In this document: positions 1 through 9,715 of the stretch, piece after piece | Position numbering within the stretch: the stretch's first letter is position 1 | Layout: each line of letters starts with the position of its first letter | NCBI RefSeq assembly: GCF_001194135.2 | Contig: NC_069006.1 | Location: 11,257,774 to 11,296,893, forward strand | DNA: 39,120 nucleotides | From: Octopus bimaculoides | Taxonomy: Eukaryota | Reading direction: 5' to 3' | Translations under genes and position numbers: made by a program | Notes under the pieces: generated by a model | The model's database searches: none | What the model was told of the DNA's origin: nothing | The model's input: the letters and a program-made list of their open reading frames with translations, nothing else

Positions 1-175
1 GTCCTCACAGCGCAGAACATTGGCAAACTTTTTCTTATCTGCTTCCCCTCTGGCTAAATAAACCTGTCGCCTAGCTTCCCTTCTGGCAGTCTGATACAAT
101 TCCCTGCTACCACCGTACTTCCAAGCCTGTTTCTTTACCCTAATAGCCCTGTCAACAACATTGTTCCGCCACTCC
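1..175 (-). mobile_element. RTE-clade LINE ORF fragment (linker between endonuclease and RT), truncated by the window edge
   Basis: Minus strand translates WRNNVVDRAIRVKKQAWKYGGSRELYQTARREARRQVYLARGEADKKKFANVLRCED, matching the WWN..V..AI..KK.AWK...Y..ARR.A.R.V..A pattern of RTE-type LINEs. Confidence 0.75.
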
Positions 176-230
176 CTTCATCATATACACAGTCATCACA
201 TTCTGTTAAAATGTTATACTGATGTATTTG

Positions 231-335
231 GTTTCTTTCTTTCCCTGATGAAAAGATTGCATTGTTTTACACCATTTTATTCCTTCTGGAATAATACCAA
301 TGCTTTCTTCGAAACACATGTCAGAAGTAAAAGAA
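231..335 (+). ncRNA. Degenerate type I hammerhead ribozyme-like motif (Penelope-type, minimal helix III)
   Basis: CTGATGA at 245-251; long helix II (AAGAttGCATTG 253-264 with CAATGCttTCTT 298-309, inner TTATTCC/GGAATAA hairpin); GAAA at 311-314; CACATG; TC cleavage site at 321-322; imperfect helix I (231-244 with 323-335). Confidence 0.6.
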
Positions 336-400
336 TTTGAATAACACCTACATTTAACTTCATTTATTTATTTATTTATCTCTCCCTCTCTCATATATAA

Positions 401-578
401 CTACTCTGAGAGTGTAGTGGATGCTTTTACGTGCCACCGGCACTAAGGCCAGTCAAGCGGCACTGGCAACGGCCATGCCTAAAATGGTGTATTTTATGTG
501 CCACCTGCACAGGAGCCAGTCCAGTGACACTGGCAACGATCTTGCTTGAATGTTTTTTTCACGTGCCACCGGCACAAG
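401..578 (-). mobile_element. RTE 3'-tail-derived repeat, internal fragment
   Basis: gagagtgtagtggatgcttttacgtgccaccggcac... matches the copies at 4375, 6449 and 8753. Confidence 0.8.
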
Positions 579-584
579 AAAAGG

Positions 585-629
<45 letters not shown>

Positions 630-774
630 TACATGCACACATACCACACATACACAGAAAGTGTGATCTCTATATATGAACATAGTTCATTCTGTTACAC
701 GAGTGTTTGAAATATATATAAACAAAGTTAATCTGTTCAAAGGCACATCCAATTTCATATAAAAGGCATGAAAC

Positions 775-1062
775 CAGGGGCATAACTAGGGTAAATGGCA
801 CCNNNNNNNNNNNNNNNNNNNNNNNNNNNNNNNNNNNNNNNNNNNNNNNNNNNNNNNNNNNNNNNNNNNNNNNNNNNNNNNNNNNNNNNNNNNNNNNNNN
901 NNNNNNNNNNNNNNNNNNNNNNNNNNATTGCCCCCCCACCCCACCCCGCCACCAACCAAAAAGTGGAAACTTGCATAGAAATGGCTTAATTAGAAAATGA
1001 TCTTGGTCAAAATTGTGCCCCCACCAAAGTGACACCCAGGGCATGTGCCCTGCTTGCCCTGG
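775..1062. mobile_element. Possible hAT-like MITE fragment spanning a gap
   Basis: Starts CAGGGGCATAACTAGGG, has a C-rich interior and a gtgacacccagggcatgtgccc segment. No right TIR seen. Confidence 0.3.
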
Positions 1063-1115
1063 CATGAAATGATGTTATATTTATCCCTCTATCAATAGCA
1101 AATACATGTATATAA

Positions 1116-1147
<32 letters not shown>

Positions 1148-1544
1148 GATGTCTGTGTGTGAATAGGTTTCTTTTTGCTTCTGTTGATCCATAGTCATAG
1201 CTTTAAGAAAAAAAAGATGACAAATAGTATTTTCTGAGTAAAATGTGATAAAATCTTCAGGCTTGCATAAAATGCACACACAAATTTAACAAACCATTTG
1301 TGCATGCTCTCCCAGCTGCATATATGTGAAAGTAGTCTAGTTGTGGTTTCTTGTTCAAATGTCAGCTCACCAAGTGAAGAGACTCACAGTCACTTATGGA
1401 TGAGCAAAGTCTGCTTGTTGTTCATATTTCACTGCCATTATTTGAGTCCAATTTTCATCAGAAAAACCTTTTGTTATTCAATTTGTTTGTTTAGAAAACC
1501 ATTCGTCTTTGAGTGTCCCATTATATATAATATGAAAGAGAAGC

Positions 1545-1621
1545 AATACACGAGCACATACAGTTACATATACATATATATACACTCGCATATATCCTCT
1601 CTCACACCTACCTACCCACCC

Positions 1622-1659
<38 letters not shown>

Positions 1660-1975
1660 TCAGCTCAAGTCCCACAGGAACCGACTTTGCTTTCCCTTCC
1701 TCCAGGGGTAGGGAGGTTCTACTAAGTAATTATCAGTAACTGTACTGCACTTGAGTCATGTAACTACAGTCCCCTTCCTGATGCTAGACTTGCTAGAAAT
1801 AACAGTTAAATCTTCATATAACATTCTACTGCTTTAAAAAAAATAGCATAGATAGTGTAGTCCTTGATATACTATGCCTGAAAAATATGGGATGCACCAA
1901 GGCAGAGTAGCTTCATAGGCCTTCCTGATCTGCTAGAAATAGCAATCAAGACCCTTTCACATCAACACCCTACAG
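1545..1975 (+). repeat. About 430-bp dispersed repeat, copy 1 (partner at about 17170-17645)
   Basis: ctcaagtcccacaggaa...gggaggttctactaagtaattatcagtaactgtactgca... is near-identical to 17335-17645. Confidence 0.85.
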
Positions 1976-2694
1976 CAGTGATGGTCTTCCCTCTATAAAT
2001 ATGATAAATTTTTCTCTAATTCACTTGTGTTTTACTTCTTTTGGTGTGGGCCCCCTAAAAGAATCCAGGTTTTGGATCTGGTCTGAATATTAAAAAGGTT
2101 CAGCACAATTATAGACAGTAATCCTAGCTTTGTCCTTTAGCTCTTCCCACACATTAGTTTTTCTCCCCGTTTTCCCTCCATCCCATTCTCCCCAGCCTCT
2201 CTTCATCTTTATATTCCTAGATTCTTTCCTTCTCCTTCGGTGCTGTATGGGGACCAGCACATCAAAGAACAGACCCAACATTTCCTCTGCATGTCGTAAC
2301 AGGTAACTAAAAGAGGTTGAGATAGGATTTGCACTCCGACCTTGCAAAACCCTCACCAGCAGCAACCACCTAAACAGATCCATGGGTTGGAGGAGTGTCA
2401 CTTGAGTGGTGCAAAGGTGTCATCTCCCAGGAGTAGGGAATCACCAACAAATGATGGATGCAGAAACGCACAGTTACAGAGCATGCCCCCATATTACAGC
2501 TGCTTCTCCTTCTCATTCATAGCTTTTTTTCTCCATTTCCCATCTTCCTATGAATTCTGACATTGTTTTGTGTTCCCTATCAGTTGCAGCCAATCACTTA
2601 AGCACAAAATATGGCAAACATTTTTTCTCTTCTCTCCTCTACCCATCCCCAGCCCATCATGTCAACCACTGCAGATAGAAGCAGTTCAAATTTT

Positions 2695-2828
2695 ATACTT
2701 ATTTTATCGACCTTGAAAGGATGAAAGGCAAAGTCAACCTCAGCGGAATTTAAGCTCAAGACATAAAAACAAAACACTACTGAGCATTTTTCCCAGCATG
2801 CTAATAATTCTGCCATCTTGCCACCTTA
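2695..2828 (-). mobile_element. SINE family C (tRNA-like head, Nin/Deu-like central segment), partial
   Basis: Reverse complement of aaggcggcgagctggcagaa...gttcaaattcc...gactttgcctttcatcctttc, shared with more than 10 other copies in the window. Confidence 0.8.
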
Positions 2829-3233
2829 CAGACAGCAATATCACTTTACTTTTTCTGTTACTTTTTCCAGTTAATATAGATATATATATACACTGACACA
2901 TATATGTGTGTATAAAGAGGTTATGGTTGTATATGAAAATGTGCTGAAGTGTGAAGTGTACACACACACACACACATCCATATATATATACACACACACA
3001 TACACATGCATATATTACACACACACAAACATACATACATACATACACAAACATGTAACCTCCTTGCAAAGAACAAACAGCAACAGAGGTGGTGTAGGTG
3101 GTGTAGAACGTGAGAAATATAAGGAGAGGGGGAGAGAGAGAGAGAGAGAGAGAAAGAAGGAAAGAAAGAAAGAAAGAGTGAAAGAAAGCCAACAGCAGAG
3201 TATGTGAAGGTGAAGTAATGTGTGTTAACTTAC

Positions 3234-3335
3234 CACAGCTGTCACAGATGAAGCAGTCAATATGAAATACTTGATCCATTGCTGTACAGCCATTGCTCTG
3301 ACCAACCACACGGTGGCCACATTTGGAACACATTC
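3234..3335 (-). CDS. LPP: LPP/zyxin-family LIM protein, exon encoding most of LIM domain 1
   Basis: 102-bp exon, acceptor tctgtttAG|3335 and donor 3234|GTAAGT, phase 1-1, compatible with the upstream exon. It encodes (G)MCSKCGHRVVGQSNGCTAMDQVFHIDCFICDSC(G), with CxxC...HxxCxxC LIM spacing and close similarity to vertebrate LPP LIM1 (VVGEGTGCTAMDQVFHVDCF). Confidence 0.95.
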
Positions 3336-4374
3336 CTAAACAGATACAAGAAAAAAAGAAAAACATGGATAAAGAGATAGAAATGAATATAAAAGAACAA
3401 CAATATACAGGTAAAGAATTGTTGCTACTGCTCCACCCCCGAATTCTACCCTTACCTCTTGTTCTGTTTGAACCTAGAATAAACACGACACCAACGTTAG
3501 TCTCTGACACTGGTGCTGCTTTGGTAAGCTTGTATGATCTATCTGTCTTTAATACACACAGAGAGACGCACACACACACACCTATGTACAATTTCACCTC
3601 CTCCTCCTCCTCCTTCTTGTCGAAATTAGAAAGGAGGAGGAGGGAGAAAAGGAAAGAAAGAAAAGGACACATTAAGGAGACATAAGCAGTCATTTGTGGG
3701 GAGAAAGAGAGAGAAGGAAACAAAAAAGAAAAAAGACATAAAAGAAACAATGTAGCAGGGGAATATATAGGAGAGGTTAGGAAGGTAAAGGGGAAGGGTG
3801 AAATATTTTAACTGAATAAATTNNNNNNNNNNNNNNNNNNNNNNNNNNNNNNNNNNNNNNNNNNNNNNNNNNNNNNNNNNNNNNNNNNNNNNNNNNNNNN
3901 NNNNNNNNNNNNNNNNNNNNNNNNNNNNNNNNNNNNNNNNNNNNNNNNNNNNNNNNNNNNNNNNNNNNNNNNNNNNNNNNNNNNNNNNNNNNNNNNNNNN
4001 NNNNNNNNNNNNNNNNNNNNNNNNNNNNNNNNNNNNNNNNNNNNNNNNNNNNNNNNNNNNNNNNNNNNNNNNNNNNNNNNNNNNNNNNNNNNNNNNNNNN
4101 NNNNNNNNNNNNNNNNNNNNNNNNNNNNNNNNNNNNNNNNNNNNNNNNNNNNNNNNNNNNNNNNNNNNNNNNNNNNNNNNNNNNNNNNNNNNNNNNNNNN
4201 NNNNNNNNNNNNNNNNNNNNNNNNNNNNNNNNNNNNNNNNNNNNNNNNNNNNNNNNNNNNNNNNNNNNNNNNNNNNNNNNNNNNNNNNNNNNNNNNNNNN
4301 NNNNNNNNNNNNNNNNNNNNNNNNNNNNNNNNNNNNNATTTTAACAGCTGAGTAAGTTGGTTATATATATATAT

Positions 4375-4668
4375 CATCATCATCATCATCATCATCGTTT
4401 AACGTCCGCTTTCCATGCTAGCATGGGTTGGACGATTTGACTGAGGACTGGTGAAACCCGACGGCTACACCAGGCTCCAGTTTGATTTGGCAGAGTTTCT
4501 ACAGCTGGATGCCTTTCCTAAGGCCAACCACTCCGAGAGTGTAGTGGGTGCTTTTATGTGTCACCGGCACGAAGGCCAGTCAGGCGATACTGGCAACGGC
4601 CACACTCAAAATGGTGTATTTTATGTGCCACCCGCACAAGAGCCAGTCCAGGGGCACTGGCAACAATC
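4375..4668 (-). mobile_element. RTE 3'-tail-derived repeat ending in (GAT)n
   Basis: (CAT)n-gtttaacgtccgctttccatgctagcatgggttggacg... The same tail follows an RTE RT C-terminal ORF remnant at 19764-20205. Confidence 0.85.
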
Positions 4669-4770
4669 TGACATTTACTATTTTTGTTCACCATCTGAGA
4701 TAGGTTCTGTGTGGGGACAAAGACCCCACTAAAGTTTGATTGAGTTTATCAAATATTTTATTAAGTCACA

Positions 4771-5090
4771 GATGTGGCTGTGTGGTTAGGAAGCTTACTT
4801 TCCAACCGAATGGCCCTGGGTTCAGTCCCACTGGTACAGCACTTTAGGCAAATGTCTTCTCCTATAGCTATGGGACAACCAGTGCCTTGTGAGTGTATTT
4901 GGTACACAAAACTGTGTAAAAGCCTGTCGTACATGTGTGTGTGTGTGTGTGTATGTGTGTGCGCACGCATGTGTGTGCGTGTGTGCGTGCGTGTGTATGT
5001 GTGTTTGTATTTGACTTCCACCACAGTTTGACACCTGGTGCTGGTTTGTTTATATCTCCATAACTTAGTGGTTTGGCAAAAGAGATATGT
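4771..5090 (+). mobile_element. SINE family A (tRNA-like head, internal (GT)n, 3' body)
   Basis: gatgtggctgtgtggttaggaagc...gggttcagtccc head, then microsatellite, then ...ataacttagtggtttggcaaaagag body. Confidence 0.8.
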
Positions 5091-5094
5091 ACAC

Positions 5095-5241
5095 GTTTCA
5101 GTTTCCATCTACCAAATCCATTCACAAGGCTTTGATTGGCCTGAAATTAGAGTAAAAGACACTTGCCCAAGGTGTCACACAGTGGGATTAAACCTGAAAC
5201 CATGCGGTTGGAAAGCAAGCTTCTTATCACATAACCACATC
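5095..5241 (-). mobile_element. SINE family A head
   Basis: Reverse complement of the family A head, inverted relative to the 4771 copy. Confidence 0.8.
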
Positions 5242-5291
5242 TATATATCCTATCCACACTTCCGCCAGTGTATGTACATGTATGTATGTAT

Positions 5292-5322
<31 letters not shown>

Positions 5323-5584
5323 CATCGTGGCCGTTGCCAGTACCGTTGAGCGTGGCTGTTGCTAGTACTGCCTGACTGGCCGTTGTGCCGGTGGCACGTA
5401 AAAGCACCCACTACACTCTCAGAGTGGTTGGCCTTAGGAAAGGCATCCAGCTGTAGAAACTCTGCCAAATCAAACTGGAGCCTGATGTAGCCATCCAGTT
5501 CACCAGTCCTCAGTCAAATCGTCCAACCCATGCTAGCATGGAAAGCGGACGATAAACGATGATGATGATGATGATGATGATGAT
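5323..5584 (+). mobile_element. RTE 3'-tail-derived repeat ending in (GAT)n
   Basis: ...ccaacccatgctagcatggaaagcggacgataaacgatgatgat; an inverted partner of 4375-4668. Confidence 0.85.
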
Positions 5585-6448
5585 ATATATATATATATGT
5601 ATGTTTCTATCTATCTATTTCCACTGTCATGGAACCTCACCCAAAAAAACAAAAACAATGTTGTCTTCTAAACAAAACCCAAAAACATCATCTGTTTTAT
5701 ATAAATGAACAAACTGTTTGTACATTCACAAAACTTTTTTTTCACAAGTTTGAGAAAGGAACAAAAGCGCTAATAATAATGAAGAAATAAAAAGATTTTT
5801 TTTTCCAAAATTCCGACGACTTTTTTCTCAATGTTCAATTTCTGTACATCACACCTAACACACTATACACAGACACACACACATATATATGTGTGTGTGT
5901 GTGTGTGTGATAGATAAATAAATAGATGGATAGATAGACTGATATACAGATAGATAGCTAGATCAATAGATAGATAGACACACACATCCATACCAGAGAA
6001 GTGCCACCTGGGTCGGCAAGGTAGGCAGTGCCTACTTTGAATAAAATAGATTGATAATAACATTTTCTTTTTATGGCAAAATATGTACCTAATTCAATAA
6101 AATCATGAAGGTTACACTGATTACTCTGCATAAAATGCAAAACATTTTATTTTTTTTAAGATTAGGTAGCATAATTCACCCCTGCTTTTTAATCTCAGCA
6201 TCTAAGCTATGCATGGTAATACTGTAGTACACATGCTGCGTACACTCCTACAACACCGTTTTCTTTACTTGCTATAAAGACAAAAGTAAATCTGCCTTCA
6301 ACTTAGTCGCGCGTCTGTGTTTCACTACATAAAGGTCACCAACTGCCTACCCTGAGTAGTTACTGACGGCATGTGCCTCATACATACATACGTAGACTGA
6401 TAGACAGATAGACAGACATTTGTCCTGTTGGTATCCTCAAATGGTGTT

Positions 6449-7120
6449 CATCATCATCATCATCATCATCGTTTAACGTCCGCTTTCCATGCTAGCATGG
6501 GTTGGATGATTTGACTGAGGACTGGTTAACCAGATGGCTACACCAGCCTCCAATCCGATCTGGCAGAGTTTCTACAGCTGGATGCCCTTCCTAACGCCAA
6601 CCACTCCGAGAGTGTAGTGGATGCTTTTACATGCCACCGGCACAAGGGCCAGTCAGGCAGTACTGGCAATGGCCATGCTTAAAATAGTGTTTTTTACATT
6701 CCACCTGCACAGGAGCCAGTCCAGCGGCACAGGCAACAATCTCGCTTGAATGTTTTCTAACGTGCCAGTAAGGCGACGCTGGTAACAATTACGCTCAAAT
6801 GGTGCTATTTACGTGCCACTGGCATGGAAGCCAGACAGCTTCTGGCAATGATTGCACTTGGATGGTGCTGTTAGTGCTCCACTGATACAGGTACCGGTCA
6901 TTGAATATGGTTCAGTTACGATTTCAATTTCACTTGCCCCAACAGGTCTTCACAAGCAGAGTTTAGTGTCCAATGAAGGAGAGGTTGGCATGGGTGCCAG
7001 TCATCGAATGTGGTTCGATTTCGATTTCACTTGCCTCAACAGGTCTTCGCAAGCAGAGTTTAGAGTCCAATGAAGTAAAGATACGAATAAGTGAGTTGGC
7101 TACACTCCTGGCAGAGGTGT
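6449..7120 (-). mobile_element. Long RTE 3'-tail-derived element with internal sub-repeats
   Basis: Same (CAT)n tail, repeated gtgccac...ggcac/ctggcaac units, and a roughly 60-bp segment (gatttcacttgcc..aacaggtcttc.caagcagagtttag.gtccaatgaag) duplicated at about 6920 and 7017. Confidence 0.8.
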
Positions 7121-7292
7121 TCATGCCTCTGTAAAATATTAACACTGAATATATTTTTGATCTTTCACTTTCAGCCCCCACCCACTAGACCGTGGTGCCC
7201 TAGCATGGCCACGGAACATTGAGTTTAACTAATAAAAAAACACAAGAATATTTAATAATGACAGTAGACCACATAGAAAGTTTATTACTTAC

Positions 7293-8217
7293 CAAAGAAG
7301 TCAGGATCACCAGCAGACTCGATGTTTTGCATCAGTAAACTGGTCAAGGCGTCTACTTCTGCTTCTTTGCCCACCTTTCTACCATCAGACCGAGGTAGGG
7401 AGTTCGTAGAGTAGCTGCCTGCTTGACTGGGAGCAGCGAGAGGGGTGGGGTTGACAGGGTCTGAATACCCTGGGTATTTGTGCTGCTGTAGTGACCCTTG
7501 AACGGGCGCTTTATAGCTGACAGACTGCTGAGGAGAACCGACACCAACCCCACTGCCAGCAACACCACTAGCACTGCTGTGGACATTGGAGTAGCTTGGC
7601 ACGGTCTGGGAGGGGCCCGGGAGCGGAGGGGGAAGATCAGTATGGTTCATGTAGTTCGGCTGGTTCAAGTAGTGTGATGGGGTGGAAGACGCAGCCGAAG
7701 ATGGCGCTGTCACGGAAACTGACCGCGAATTGTAGCTGCTGCTTNNNNNNNNNNNNNNNNNNNNNNNNNNNNNNNNNNNNNNNNNNNNNNNNNNNNNNNN
7801 NNNNNNNNNNNNNNNNNNNNNNNNNNNNNNNNNNNNNNNNNNNNNNNNNNNNNNNNNNNNNNNNNNNNNNNNNNNNNNNNNNNNNNNNNNNNNNNNNNNN
7901 NNNNNNNNNNNNNNNNNNNNNNNNNNNNNNNNNNNNNNNNNNNNNNNNNNNNNNNNNNNNNNNNNNNNNNNNNNNNNNNNNNNNNNNNNNNNNNNNNNNN
8001 NNNNNNNNNNNNNNNNNNNNNNNNNNNNNNNNNNNNNNNNNNNNNNNNNNNNNNNNNNNNNNNNNNNNNNNNNNNNNNNNNNNNNNNNNNNNNNNNNNNN
8101 NNNNNNNNNNNNNNNNNNNNAAGTTGTCATCTGTGTAGCGAGCAGTCATAGAGTGCACGACAGGTGGAGGTGGTAGTTCTTCATCATTTCTCAAAGATGG
8201 TCTGTAGACAGCAGGAA
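7293..8217 (-). CDS. LPP: LPP/zyxin-family LIM protein, Pro/Ser-rich pre-LIM coding exon (interrupted by N-gap 7745-8120)
   Basis: Acceptor ttcctctgtttcAG|8217 (phase 1) reads xPAVYRPSLRNDEELPPPPVVHSMTARYTDDN. After the gap it reads SSSYNSRS...HTDLPPPLPGP...KEAEVDALTSLLMQNIESAGDPDFF(G), then a perfect donor |GTAAGT at 7292 (phase 1). The EVDALTxxL...DxFG motif is the zyxin/LPP pre-LIM1 signature. The two sides of the gap are not in register, presumably because the gap length is an estimate. Confidence 0.9.
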
Positions 8218-8368
8218 CTGAAACAGAGGAACATCACTTTTCTAAAAGACTAGTTTCACAAAATTTATAAGAAACACAGTTTATTACTGTTATTAGATGA
8301 TGAACACACACACAAAAAAAAAGATAACACAGAGGGGACAAGTTTTAATGAATGTTGTATTAGTTTAA

Positions 8369-8581
8369 TCCTTTAGGCAATTCTGTCAAATGTAGTGCTT
8401 AGTGATTCACATTGTTTTGAATTAATCATGCATTATCTCATATCTTTGAGATTTCAATGATGTAAAAGTTTAATGTAGAATAACATTATAAGTGTAGGTG
8501 TGAGACCCTGGGTCTGGTCAGTTTGAACATAAAGCAAATGGAAAATTTTGGCTGGATATGGCCAGTTTAAATGCTAAAGGG
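8369..8581. mobile_element. piggyBac-type MITE (family P1)
   Basis: TTAA at 8365-8368 followed by tCCTTTAG; right end aatgCTAAAGGG followed by TTAA at 8582-8585. Confidence 0.75.
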
Positions 8582-8606
8582 TTAATGCTTAAAGGAAGGG
8601 AATGAG

Positions 8607-8642
8607 TTTTGATGTTTCAGACAACAGTCCTTCATCAGAAAA
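8607..8642 (-). ncRNA. Minimal hammerhead-like relic
   Basis: Minus strand reads TTTT-CTGATGA-A-GGAC-TGTT-GTCT-GAAAC-ATC-AAAA. It differs from a CTGATGAAGGAC..GTCCGAAACGTC-type core only at CpG-decay positions. Confidence 0.35.
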
Positions 8643-8752
8643 AAAAAATGAAAAAAATGAGGAAAAGTGTTGGAGAAAATTAAAAAGAATAAGAAAAGGT
8701 GTGACAAGCTGGCAGAATTATTATTATTATTATATATATATGTATATATATA

Positions 8753-9055
8753 CATCATCATCGTTTAATGTCCGCTTTCCATGCTGGCATGGGTTGGACT
8801 TTTGACTGAGGACTGGCAAGCCAGAATGCTGCACCAGACTCCAATCTGATCTGGCAAAGTTTCTACAGTCAGACGCCTTTCCTAACACCAACCACTCCAA
8901 GAGTGTAGCAGGTGCTTTTTACATGCCACCGGCATGGGAGCCAGTCAGGCAGTGCTGGCATCGATCACACTTGAATGGTGCTTTATACATGCCACCAGCA
9001 CGGGAGCAGTCAGGCGGCACTGACATCGGCCACAACAATGACTTCACTTGACTCA
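8753..9055 (-). mobile_element. RTE 3'-tail-derived repeat
   Basis: catcatcatcgtttaatgtccgctttccatgctggcatgggttggac... Confidence 0.85.
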
Positions 9056-9248
9056 AAAAAAATATGAGTGTATAAAATATTTTTATACACAAAGAGGAGA
9101 CTCTTGACAGGACTCCTTACATGCTAGAAAGGGCAGCTAAAACCCAACCCACAAAAATAAAGAATCCATGAGGCATGCTGTCATAACACCAGAATGAACA
9201 AAAAAATGAATGATAAGAAATTATTTTAATTTACTACCCTCATATTTA

Positions 9249-9308
<60 letters not shown>

Positions 9309-9309
9309 A

Positions 9310-9532
9310 CAGTAATCTTTCGCTGTATCATGGTTCACCTATTGCGGTTTATTATTTAAGTTTACAGCGATTCCTCCATGGTGTTGTTTTGCATTTATAA
9401 TAAAATAAATATATACAAATTATAAAAATAATTAAAAAATATATAGTACAGTACTGTTTCTACTTCACAGGTTTTCACCTATCGCAGGGGTTTTTGGAAC
9501 ATAAAACCTGCGATGGTCAAAGAATTACTCTG
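9310..9532. mobile_element. pogo/Tigger-type (Tc1/mariner superfamily) MITE, degenerate
   Basis: TA|CAGTAATCtTTCGC left end and gcgatggtcaaagaATTACTcTG right end. It is inserted between a (TA)n and a (TG)n tract. Confidence 0.55.
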
Positions 9533-9569
9533 TGTGTGTGTGTGTGTGTGACCCCCTGGGCAGTATGCT

Positions 9570-9715
9570 GGTCTGTCGCAGCAATACTCCTTTTTATCAG
9601 CTGAGTGGACAGGAGCAACATAAAATGAAGTTTTTGGCTCTGAAACACAACGCAGGAATCGAAACCACAGTCGTTGATGTGGTTATGGATGTAAGAGATG
9701 CAGCAAGCCACTAAA
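9570..9715 (-). mobile_element. SINE family B (CORE-like) head fragment
   Basis: Reverse complement gtggcttgctgc...gtggtttcgattcct...agagccaaaaacttcattttatgttgctcctgtccactcagctg. Confidence 0.65.

Noticed and set aside
1240-1470. CTGAAGA (1254-1260) and CTGATGA (about 1455-1460) on the minus strand as further hammerheads
   Set aside because: No pairing helix II or helix I around them.
180-3233. Exons for the end of LIM1 and for LIM2/LIM3
   Set aside because: I found no minus-strand segment resembling LRGxxFY or further LIM motifs. They are probably outside the window or in the 803-926 gap.
2740-3750. 336-aa minus-strand ORF as a single-exon gene
   Set aside because: Only 3234-3335 is LIM-coding and bounded by splice signals. 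The rest translates microsatellites, a purine tract and a SINE.
3808-4395. Long ORFs spanning N-runs (also 7596-8138 plus, 24580-25327, 31722-32648)
   Set aside because: They are open only because N codons are not stops.
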